DNA from: an uncultured bacterium
GTDB lineage: Bacteria; Patescibacteriota; Dojkabacteria; J137
Assembly (NCBI GenBank): GCA_963700155.1
Contig: OY969472.1
Span: 445,511-509,510, forward strand
Direction of reading: 5' to 3'
DNA: 64,000 nt
How positions within the stretch are numbered: the first letter of the stretch is position 1; every line of letters starts with the position of its first letter. This document shows positions 17,499-26,900 of this stretch, in pieces. The position numbers and the translations under genes were made by a program. Under the pieces are notes generated by a model. The model saw nothing but the letters and a program-made list of their open reading frames with translations, was not told the origin of the DNA and made no database searches.

Positions 17499-20400
17499 TT
17501 GAAATTGAACAAAATTACTAAAATAATAATTTTAGCTTTCTTAGTCTTTGGGTTTATTTTACCTACTTTAAGTTTAGATGCATCAACAAGAAGTACAATT
17601 GAATTTAAATCTGGAATAGTTGACCAAGATGGTACTCCACTATCTGATGGAATTTATAATTTTGGATTTATAATCTTTAATCAATCTACTGGGGGTTCAT
17701 CACTTTGGAGCGAAAATTGGTCAAGTGTCGAAGTAAGGAGAGGTCAAGTTAGTGTAGATTTAGGATCTATAAATCCTTTTCCTGATTCCTTGTTTGCTAA
17801 TGATTCTTTGTACCTTCAAGTTTGTTTAAATGCTAATGGAATAGCAGGAGATGGTTCTGGATCTTGCGGTGGAAATTATGAAGAAAGTTTTAGTCCAAGA
17901 AAAGCTATAACAGCAGTAGCATGGTCATATAGGGCAAACACTCTCTCATCTGTAGATATAGCTAAAGATGAAACTGCATATAATCTTAATATATACGGAG
18001 ACTCGGGAACGCTATTAAATTTAAATTTCAATAGTACTAGCCAGTTTAATATAGGTTCAGCAGGTAGTTTATCACTAGGAACTGGAAATAGTTCTTTCTT
18101 ATTCTCGCCAACAAGCAATTCTATTAATTTGACAGGAACAACAGATATATATTTCGGTGCTAACGCTTCCCTCAGGAACAACTCATCTTCAGAAAATTCA
18201 GGTGCAAATATTATTGGGGTTTATACTGAAGGACTTCAAAATATAACAGGAAATACTTTGCAAAAAGTAATAGAAAATATCGATGGATTATTTAAATGGA
18301 AGCCAGGTACATCATCTTCAATTTCTTATAGTGGTGGAAATGTAGGAATTGGAACAACCACACCTAATTATTTATTAGATGTAAATGGGACAGGAAGTTT
18401 TTCAGGTGGATTAAAAATAGGAAACACAACAACAGGGGTGGCTGGAATGTTAAGATGGAACGGATCAGATTTTGAAGGATATAATGGAAGCTCTTGGAAT
18501 TCTTTAACTTCAGGTGGCGGAGGGGGCAGTCCATCTGGAAGCGATGGATATATACAATTTTATAGCTCAGGATCATTTGGGAGCAGTGCTAATCTTAATT
18601 GGAATATAGCAAATAGCTATTTAACAATTGGCTCATCAGCCGGGACTTCGGGAATACTAAATTTAGGACCAGCCACTACAACAAGATCCTCATTAAATTT
18701 AGCAAACTCTTCAGGGGTAAATGTTTCTAGTCCAACATCAGGAGATTTATGGTGGAATGGAACAAATCTTTATTTTTATAATGGATCATCAAATGTTGAC
18801 TTATTGGCTAGTGGCGGAGGCTCATGTGCTACATGCTTTCATCAAAGTGGAGATGCATTTGGAACAACAGCTACTTTAGGAACTACAGATTCAAATACAT
18901 TATCAATTATTACAAATAATACACCAGCTATTACTATATTAAGTGATGGGAAAGTTGGTATCGGGGTATCTCCTACTGTAAAACTTGATGTGGCCGGAGC
19001 TGTAACTTTAACAGGTGTTTTAACAACTGGAAGCTCAGCAATCTCATTAACATTAGCAACAGGTTACATTGATGCTAATGCAATTACATTATCTGGTTCA
19101 ACATTAGATGTCACTTCGAATGGACTTAAAGTTGCTGATGGTGGTATTACTGGTACTCAACTAAATTCAAGCGTAGCTGGGACTGGTCTAACAGGAGGAG
19201 GAGGCTCTGCTTTATCTGTTCTTTATGGATCATCTGCTGGTAATGCTGTTCAAGGGAATACTTCAATAACTGTTAGTGCTGGATCGGGATTAGGAGGTGG
19301 TGGAAGTATTACTTTAGGAAGTGGCGGAACTGTCACTTTGAATAACGCTGGTGTTACTGCTTTCAATACTTTTACTGGTGGTATAACTTTGAATGGAACG
19401 ACAAATCAAGTTAATATTGATAATAATTCAGGGACTATTACACTTTCTACACCTCAGGATATTGACAGTTCCGCCACACCAACGTTTGCCGGAGTCTTGC
19501 TTTCAGGCTTATCTGCAAGTTCTGCAGTCTATACAGATGGATTAAAAAATTTAACAACAACTGCTCCAACTACAGGAGCTATAGGATATTTAAGTAGAAC
19601 CGGGACAACATTATCTCCAGCAACTGCAGGAGATAACTTTACCACATCAGGTGATATTTCGACTTCAGGTTCAGGTACTATTACATCAACAGGGTTATTA
19701 ACAGGAAATTCTGGGTTAACAGTTTTAGGGACAACTTCGATTAATGCTTCTGGAATTGGGACTACAACAATCGGAAGTGGATCGGGAACAGTTACAATTG
19801 CAGATGGAACTGGTAATTTAAATTTAGGTAATAGCTCAGGAACATTCTCTTTAACATCAAATGGTGGATTAAATGTTACAACTGGGGGAAATATTACTGC
19901 TGGTACATATAATGGGAATACTTTAACGTCTACAGCATTAACTTTCTCGGGTTCTAATCCAAATATTTCCCCATCTACAGGAAATACCGGAATAACAATT
20001 AACGCAAATGGGAGCGGAACGATCGGAATTGGAGCGACTTCAACTGGAGATATATTATTGGGTGGAGGTAGCGGTTCTACAGGTTGTACAATCGAAAATT
20101 CTACAGGAAATCTAACTTGTTCCGGAACAATAAGTGGATCGAATACTACAAATTATTGGAGCAGAGTGGTTACAACATTATCTCCAGCTACTGCAGGAGA
20201 TGATATAACTACAGCTGGGAATATTTACACCTCAAGTTCAGGCACTATTACATCAGATGGTTTAATAACTGGAAATTCTGGGTTAACAATTTTGGGGACA
20301 ACTTCGATCAATGCATCAGGCACAGGAACAACTACAATTGGAAGCGGGTCTGGAATTGTAACTATTGCTAATGGAACTGGTAACTTAGCTTTAGGAAATT

Positions 20401-22766
20401 CCACTGGAACATTCTCTTTAACATCTAATGGTGGTCTAAATGTCACTAGCGGTGGGGTGCTAATGGGTGCAACTGGAATAAATACTACCGATGCAACAAG
20501 TTTAGCAATAGGTAATGCTACTGGAACTTTTTCTTTAACCTCAAATGGAGGATTAAATGTAAGTACAGGGGGAGCTCTTACAGGTGTAGTAAGTATAAAT
20601 TCAACAGATACCTCAGATTTGGATATTGGCAATTCATCAGGAACACTCACATTAACATCTAATGGTGGCTTAAATGTAACAAGTGGAGGTGCCTTAACAG
20701 GTGTTGCTAGTATTAATACAATTACTACAACTTCCTCTGCATTAACTTTTGCTGGGGCCGGAACCATTTCGGCTTCTTCAACAGGTTTGGATATTCAATC
20801 TGATGGGAGCATTGACGTTAATATCGCCGGAGGTTCCGGCTCCACTGGCTGTACAATTGAGAACTCTACAGGTAATTTAATATGTTCCGGTACAGTAAGC
20901 GGGACCAATATTACAAGTAACTATTGGAGTAGATCAGTAACAACATTATCACCTGTAAATGTTGGAGATAACATAACTACATCAGGTTCTGGGACAATAA
21001 CATCAGCTGGGTTACTAACTGGCTCAAATGGAATTACTGTAACAGGAGGTGATGCAAATATTAATGCTTCAGGTACTTCTAACACATCAATAGGTAATGG
21101 ATCTGGAACATTTGATATTACTTCTAACGGCGGATTAAATGTAAATACGACTGGAGACTTAACTGGAGTAGCTAGCATTGATACAATAACAACAACTGCA
21201 ACTAGTTTAGGGTTTGCGGGAACTGGAACAATATCTTCCGGTGCTGGAACTGACTTAAATATAACATCAGGAACTACTGGAATATTAAACTTAGATTCAG
21301 GCTCAACAGGAGCTATTAATATTGGGACATCTTCTAATGCTAAAACTATTACTGTTGGTAACTCTACTGGTGCTACCGGTTTAGTCTTTAACTCTGGTAC
21401 AGCTGGTATTTCATCTACTTCTACTGCGACATCTGGTAATGCATTTTCATATACTGCTAATTCTCTTAGTAGTGGTAATGGTCTTTATGTTACATCAACT
21501 GCTGCTTCCTTCTCTGGTTCTTTAGCTAAAATTTTCTGGAATCCTACTTCTGGTAGTACTGCTACTGGTGATTTATTTACTATTGACACTGCTGGTGGAA
21601 GTGTTTTAGGTAACTTATTCAATGTTAAAGATGGTGGTAGTTCTTTATTCTCTGTTTCTCAGACTCAGGTCACTTCCACCATTCCTGTTCAATTTAATGC
21701 TCCTGGTGATGCCACATTTGCTTATGACTTAGTTTTGACTAATACAACTGCATCATTTGTGAAGTCTGACTCTAATTTAAATTTACAAGCTGGTGAAGTA
21801 TTCAACTCATCAAATTTAACTTTGAGCACTTTTAACAGTGGGATGATTGTTCTTGATACAGCAACGGTCTACACTACAGGGAATGTAGGAATTGGTACAA
21901 CACCTTCATATAAACTTGATGTTCTAGCAAGTGGGACAGGAGTAATCGCTAGATTTAATAGCGCTAATACTACTGGTTGTACTCTAGCTACTGGTGGAAC
22001 TATTTCTTGTTCTTCTGATGTTAAATTAAAACAAGATATAGCTGATATTAATTATGGAATCGATACGGTAATGCAACTTAGACCTGTCTCATTCAACTGG
22101 AGAAATCAAGATAATCCTTATAAAAGTTTAGGGTTTATTGCACAAGATGTTAATTCAATTTTACCTAATTTAGTTACAGTTGATTCAGCTTCTGGAAACA
22201 TGGAGTTAAATTCTATTGGATTTATTCCAATATTAACTAAAGCAATCCAAGATCAGCAGGAAGAAATTACTGCAATGCAGTCTGTTTTAGGCATTTCAAC
22301 AAATGGAAGTGCTGCTCATATTTTAACGCAGGAAAATATTCTAAGTTATTTAAACAATACAATAATTCCAAGTTTTAAAGTTAAAAAAATCACTATAAAT
22401 GAACAGCTTATTGCACAATCAGTAATTGTGATTGGAGATACTCAGTTTTATGGGCAGGCTGATTTTAACAATAATGTAAATGTAAAGGATAAAATCAGCC
22501 TTGGGAAAAATGGAGCTGGGAAAGTAACAATAAAATCTGGAGCTACAAAAGTTTCAGTTAAATTTAACTCTGCATATAACCAAACTCCTATTGTTAGCGT
22601 TTCCCCAAATAATATATTACCGAGTGGAACAAATTATGCAGTTACAAATATTAGTAAATCGGGATTTGATATTGAAATAAGTTATTCTACAAATTCAGAT
22701 ATTGAGTTTAGCTGGATAGCAGTTGGAACAACAATAGATTTACCTGTTTCATATTCAAGCAACTAA
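17499..22766 (+). CDS. Giant secreted fibre-like protein (1755 aa), paralogue of 13806-17012: internal Gly/Thr repeats + S74-like chaperone domain + H-type-lectin-like C-terminus
   Basis: It has an N-terminal signal/TM. It shares the blocks SGDLWWNGTNLYF...C..CF..G.AFG and SSDVKLKQDIADINYGIDTVMQLRPVSFNWRNQ... with the 13806 protein. It contains long in-frame internal repeats. Confidence 0.75.
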   Translation: MKLNKITKIIILAFLVFGFILPTLSLDASTRSTIEFKSGIVDQDGTPLSDGIYNFGFIIFNQSTGGSSLWSENWSSVEVRRGQVSVDLGSINPFPDSLFANDSLYLQVCLNANGIAGDGSGSCGGNYEESFSPRKAITAVAWSYRANTLSSVDIAKDETAYNLNIYGDSGTLLNLNFNSTSQFNIGSAGSLSLGTGNSSFLFSPTSNSINLTGTTDIYFGANASLRNNSSSENSGANIIGVYTEGLQNITGNTLQKVIENIDGLFKWKPGTSSSISYSGGNVGIGTTTPNYLLDVNGTGSFSGGLKIGNTTTGVAGMLRWNGSDFEGYNGSSWNSLTSGGGGGSPSGSDGYIQFYSSGSFGSSANLNWNIANSYLTIGSSAGTSGILNLGPATTTRSSLNLANSSGVNVSSPTSGDLWWNGTNLYFYNGSSNVDLLASGGGSCATCFHQSGDAFGTTATLGTTDSNTLSIITNNTPAITILSDGKVGIGVSPTVKLDVAGAVTLTGVLTTGSSAISLTLATGYIDANAITLSGSTLDVTSNGLKVADGGITGTQLNSSVAGTGLTGGGGSALSVLYGSSAGNAVQGNTSITVSAGSGLGGGGSITLGSGGTVTLNNAGVTAFNTFTGGITLNGTTNQVNIDNNSGTITLSTPQDIDSSATPTFAGVLLSGLSASSAVYTDGLKNLTTTAPTTGAIGYLSRTGTTLSPATAGDNFTTSGDISTSGSGTITSTGLLTGNSGLTVLGTTSINASGIGTTTIGSGSGTVTIADGTGNLNLGNSSGTFSLTSNGGLNVTTGGNITAGTYNGNTLTSTALTFSGSNPNISPSTGNTGITINANGSGTIGIGATSTGDILLGGGSGSTGCTIENSTGNLTCSGTISGSNTTNYWSRVVTTLSPATAGDDITTAGNIYTSSSGTITSDGLITGNSGLTILGTTSINASGTGTTTIGSGSGIVTIANGTGNLALGNSTGTFSLTSNGGLNVTSGGVLMGATGINTTDATSLAIGNATGTFSLTSNGGLNVSTGGALTGVVSINSTDTSDLDIGNSSGTLTLTSNGGLNVTSGGALTGVASINTITTTSSALTFAGAGTISASSTGLDIQSDGSIDVNIAGGSGSTGCTIENSTGNLICSGTVSGTNITSNYWSRSVTTLSPVNVGDNITTSGSGTITSAGLLTGSNGITVTGGDANINASGTSNTSIGNGSGTFDITSNGGLNVNTTGDLTGVASIDTITTTATSLGFAGTGTISSGAGTDLNITSGTTGILNLDSGSTGAINIGTSSNAKTITVGNSTGATGLVFNSGTAGISSTSTATSGNAFSYTANSLSSGNGLYVTSTAASFSGSLAKIFWNPTSGSTATGDLFTIDTAGGSVLGNLFNVKDGGSSLFSVSQTQVTSTIPVQFNAPGDATFAYDLVLTNTTASFVKSDSNLNLQAGEVFNSSNLTLSTFNSGMIVLDTATVYTTGNVGIGTTPSYKLDVLASGTGVIARFNSANTTGCTLATGGTISCSSDVKLKQDIADINYGIDTVMQLRPVSFNWRNQDNPYKSLGFIAQDVNSILPNLVTVDSASGNMELNSIGFIPILTKAIQDQQEEITAMQSVLGISTNGSAAHILTQENILSYLNNTIIPSFKVKKITINEQLIAQSVIVIGDTQFYGQADFNNNVNVKDKISLGKNGAGKVTIKSGATKVSVKFNSAYNQTPIVSVSPNNILPSGTNYAVTNISKSGFDIEISYSTNSDIEFSWIAVGTTIDLPVSYSSN
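19550..20990 (+). repeat. Intragenic tandem-like coding repeats within the 1755-aa fibre gene
   Basis: Repeated protein units: LSPATAGD..T.G.I.TS.SGTITS.GL(I/L)TGNSGLT(V/I)LGTTSINASG.GTTTIGSGSG.VTIA.GTGNL.LGNS.GTFSLTSNGGLNV, and GGSGSTGCTIENSTGNL.CSGT.SG.N.T.NYWSR.VTTLSP. The underlying nucleotide copies are about 85-90% identical (for example 19600-19870 versus 20190-20460, and 20060-20215 versus 20825-20985). Confidence 0.7.
21306..22415 (+). repeat. ~1.1-kb near-identical duplicated segment, copy B (partner at 15600-16700)
   Basis: Same comparison as above. It covers the S74-like chaperone domain region of both fibre genes. Confidence 0.8.
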
Positions 22767-22779
22767 GGATAAGTCACTT

Positions 22780-23907
22780 ATGCTAAAAGATAAATTTAAT
22801 AAGATTAAAAAAGTAATAGAAAAAAATAAACTCCTAAAAAGTTTTAAAGGAAGGCTTATTTACATATTAAAGCAATTAGATCAGAGATTTAAAATAATAA
22901 AAAGTTGGGGATTAAAGAATAGAAAACATCAATTTTTGGGTACGATATTCATTTTAATGATTCTTTTACCTATAGCTTCCATTTTAATGTTTTTATTTAC
23001 TAAACCTGTTCAAGCAGACTGGTTTAATGCAAATTGGAGTTTTAGAAAAAGAATAGATATAGTTAATAGTTCTGGTACAACACTTACAAATTTTCAGGTT
23101 AAATTTTCAATTGATACCGCTTCACTTTATTCAACTGGGAAATTAAGATCAGACTGTGGAGATATTAGAATTACTGACAATCAAGGTAAAATTCTTCCGT
23201 ATTGGATCGAGACATCAAATGTAGCCTGTAATGCAAATAGCAGTCAAACCATATGGACTAAAATTGACAGTATTCCTTCAAGTGGTGCTAATAATGTTAA
23301 ATATATCTATCTTTACTATGGGAATCCGCTAGCAACCTCAACACAAAATGGGAATGACACTTTTGATTTCTTTGATGATTTTTCATCATCAACCTTAAAT
23401 TCTAATAAATGGACTGCAACTGGGGCATATTCAATATCATCTGGGGCTTTAACAATAACAACTGGATCTGTATATTCGAATAATACTATAGTTTCATCAA
23501 ATCAAAATGAAATGTTCGAAATGAGAGCTAAATGGGCGACTACACAAACTTCATATTCAGGTATAATGATTTCAAATGCAAATAGCATTCAAGGTGGTAA
23601 TGCTGGCTCCAATAAACTTTCTATGTTGATGACAAATGCTGGAGTAGGTATTGATCAACAGGCATTTGCAGCTGATGGGACATCAGCAACGTATAATATT
23701 GTAAACAATATAACTCAGTTTACACCAACAGCAAACACATATTATTTTTCTGGATTTTCTCATACAACTTCAAACCTAAGATATTATCAAAATCGTTCAC
23801 AAACAAATTCATATTCAGATACTGCAAATTTTTCACCATATTTATTTTTGGGATATTTTGCAGGTTCAACTGCAGGCACTCGCAGATACAACAGATACAA
23901 CTATTGA
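22780..23907 (+). CDS. N-terminal fragment of a giant surface protein: signal-anchor + DUF2341 + start of a concanavalin-like module (reading frame lost near 23875-23890)
   Basis: It is paralogous to the N-terminus of 29356-35889 (NRKHQFLGTIFILMILLPIASILMF...VQADWFNANWSFRKRIDI versus NRRHQFLSILLILLFFLPIASVIT...VQAAWFNENWQYRQRLDI). The DUF2341 hallmark ...YIYLYYGNP is present. This ORF ends 50 nt after the next ORF starts, in another frame. Confidence 0.7.
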   Translation: MLKDKFNKIKKVIEKNKLLKSFKGRLIYILKQLDQRFKIIKSWGLKNRKHQFLGTIFILMILLPIASILMFLFTKPVQADWFNANWSFRKRIDIVNSSGTTLTNFQVKFSIDTASLYSTGKLRSDCGDIRITDNQGKILPYWIETSNVACNANSSQTIWTKIDSIPSSGANNVKYIYLYYGNPLATSTQNGNDTFDFFDDFSSSTLNSNKWTATGAYSISSGALTITTGSVYSNNTIVSSNQNEMFEMRAKWATTQTSYSGIMISNANSIQGGNAGSNKLSMLMTNAGVGIDQQAFAADGTSATYNIVNNITQFTPTANTYYFSGFSHTTSNLRYYQNRSQTNSYSDTANFSPYLFLGYFAGSTAGTRRYNRYNY

Positions 23908-26900
23908 TTTTGTTATAGCAAGAAAATTTTCAACTACAGATCCTAATCTTACTCTAGGCTCAGAAGAAATCACTCCTAATCCAACTGCTGATTGGAGTTT
24001 TGATGAGGGGCAAGGTCAAGTTGCATATGATAAGACATCAAACTCTAACAATGGACAACTCGGGTCTACATCAGGTTCTGATGCAAATGACCCTACTTGG
24101 GAAACCGAAGATCAGTGTGTTATAGGAAAATGTCTGCTTTTTAATGGAAGTAGTAATTATGTTTCTCTTACCCCTAACTTACAAACTATCAGTCAGATTA
24201 CTATTTCTGCTTGGTTTAATACGAATACAGCAACATTTCCAAATTCATTCAGAATGCTTTTTTCATCATCATCCGGATCATCTTATCTTGCTCTTGCTTA
24301 TACTGGGGCAAGTCCTTTTGTTTCATTTGATATAGGAGGTACTCAACACGCACTAAATTCCAATTTTACCCCTTTGTTAAATCACTGGTATTACGTTACC
24401 GCTACTTATGACGGTAACTTTATTAGAATTTATGTCGACGGTATTCTTAGGAATACTAGTGCTCAATATACAGGTACATTAAATGGGTTCACTTCAGGAG
24501 CTATGTATATAGGCAAATACATTGCTCCGGGATATGAATTCAGTGGAAAACTAGATGAAGTAAAAATTTATCCATATGCAAGATCAGCTGATCAAGTCAA
24601 AGTTGATTATAATGGTGGTGCAGAAGTTCTTGGAGATCAAACTCAAGCCTATCTTTCAAACGGATTAGTTGGTTATTGGAAGATGGATGAAAACACCTGG
24701 GGTACTCCAGATTGCTCTACTAATATTGTTCTAGATTCTTCAGGAAATAGTAATAACGGCAAGGCTTGTCCCAATGCTAGCGGACCTACTGGTGCTGCAG
24801 CTGGTAAGTTTGGTAATGGTGGTTTGTTTGATGGCTCTAATGACTATGTTGATACTGGTACTTCATATGAATCAACCTTCCAGGATAGCTATACATTTGC
24901 TTTCTGGACAAAACCTACTGATGGTCACCCTGCGGCCACTCAAATCCTTGCTGGTACTAATCCAGCAACAAACAATATTGTTAAAATATTCCTAAATACT
25001 GATGGAACGCTTGCTTATCAGTATCAAAATAATTCAATTGGGACAGTCGCTCAAACTGCTTCAGCTGTATTTTCTGATGGTCCTCAAAGTTCTTGGACTC
25101 ATATTGCTATTGTTGCAGATGCTAACATTAATGGTATTGGAGGTCTTAAGATTTATGTTAATGGACAATCTGCTACTTTAGATGGTGCTGCAACTGGCGA
25201 TACTTCTGGTATTACGTTCAGTACCTATACTAATTCTAATAATTTTTACTTTGGAGCCCGCAATAGTAATGGATCACCACAGAATTACTATGCGGGCTCA
25301 TTTGATGATTTAAGAATCTATAAAAGAGCTCTTTCTTCTTCTGATGTTCTATCTTTATATAACTGGGCCCCTGGACCTGTACTTAACTATAATTTAGACG
25401 AAAATACCGGCACCACTGCCCATGATACTAGTGGGTTCAATAATAATGGGACATTAACAAATGGTGCTACTTGGAATGCAGGTAAATATGGAAGTGGAGT
25501 ATCTTTTGACGGAGTCAATGATTATATTGATACACCTGATAGCAGTTCTCTTTCTCTTAACTCACAAATAACAATAGATGGATGGATAAAATTGGTTAGT
25601 GGCATGAGTACCAGCAGCACTCAAAAACAAACAATTGTTGATTCTGTAGATTACAACCTTTATCTTGATAATGCTGATGGGAAAGCTCATTTCGATCTAA
25701 ATGATTCAACTGCAGATAGTTTACTAGCTACTACAGACTGGAATTTAGGAGCAATATATGGATTTGATGGTATTGTTGGTACTATGGCTTATTTTAATGG
25801 AGCTTTATATGTTGCAGGATCGTTTAATGCAATTTGTGGTAATGCAACTTGTGATAGCGGAAATATCACTGCTCATCATATTGCAAAATGGAATGGATCT
25901 TCTTGGACTGCTGTCGGATATGGCGTGAGTTCTACAGTCTATTCCATTCAAGTGTACAATGGAGAACTATATTTAGGAGGGGCTTTTTCATCTATTTGTG
26001 GTAATGCAACTTGTGACAGTGGAAATATTACTACGAATCGAATTGCAAAATGGAATGGATCTTCATTTAGTACCGTGAGTTATGGTTTCAATAGTTCAGT
26101 CCGTACATTTGTAACATATAATGGAGAATTATATCTAGGAGGAAATTTTACAGTTATCTGTGGCAATACTGCATGTAACAGTGGGAATGTTACCACTAAT
26201 TCTATAACAAAATGGAATGGATCCTCGTTTAGTACTGTAGGATATGGAATGAATAATCCAGTCTATACGGTTAGTATATATGACGGGAAATTAATACTAG
26301 GCGGAGCTTTTAGCAGTATCTGTGGCAACACAGCATGCAACAGTGGAAATGTTACCACTAATTATGTAGCAAGGTGGGATGGATCCACTTTTAGTACATT
26401 TGGGTTTGGAATGAATGCAAATCCTAATTCTTTTGAAATATACAATGGGACATTATATACCGGAGGGAATTTTACAGCTATTTGTGGTAATACTGCATGC
26501 AACAGTGGGAATACAAATACTAATTTTATAGCAAAATGGAATGGATCTTCTTGGACTGCAGTATCCTATGGGCTATATAATCCTTTCGGAAGGGTTGATA
26601 CGTTGGGGGTCTACAATGGTAAATTATATGTGTCTGGAACTTTTACAGGGATATGTAATGATGCGGCTTGTAGTAGTGTTACTTCAGCGAATGATTTAGC
26701 TGCATGGGATGGATCTTCTTGGAGTCTTGTAGGAAATGGAATAGAGATAGGGAGGAGTATCAGTTACTTTATAAATTATAATGGGAATTTATATTTTTCG
26801 ACTAATGCAAGTTATCTTTGTGGAAATAGTACTTGTGATAGTGGGAATATTCCTATTTATAATTTTGGACAAATAGGGACAACAAATGTAAAAACAGTTA

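Noticed and set aside
19550-20990. Periodic repeats that might be taken for a CRISPR array
   Set aside because: The repeats are long (150-500 nt), imperfect and in-frame within a continuous ORF, and they encode Gly/Thr-rich protein repeats. There are no short unique spacers and no cas genes.
20225-21178. Two minus-strand ORFs (180 and 85 aa) inside the 1755-aa fibre gene
   Set aside because: They lie antisense to a long, repeat-rich coding region. Their Pro/Val-rich composition is simply the reverse-complement reading of the Gly/Thr-rich sense codons. They are ORF-finder artefacts.
23840-23910. Programmed ribosomal frameshift as the explanation for the split giant gene
   Set aside because: No canonical slippery heptamer or downstream pseudoknot is visible. 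An indel (sequencing error or mutation) is the more economical explanation. I kept it as a finding to be checked rather than asserted.
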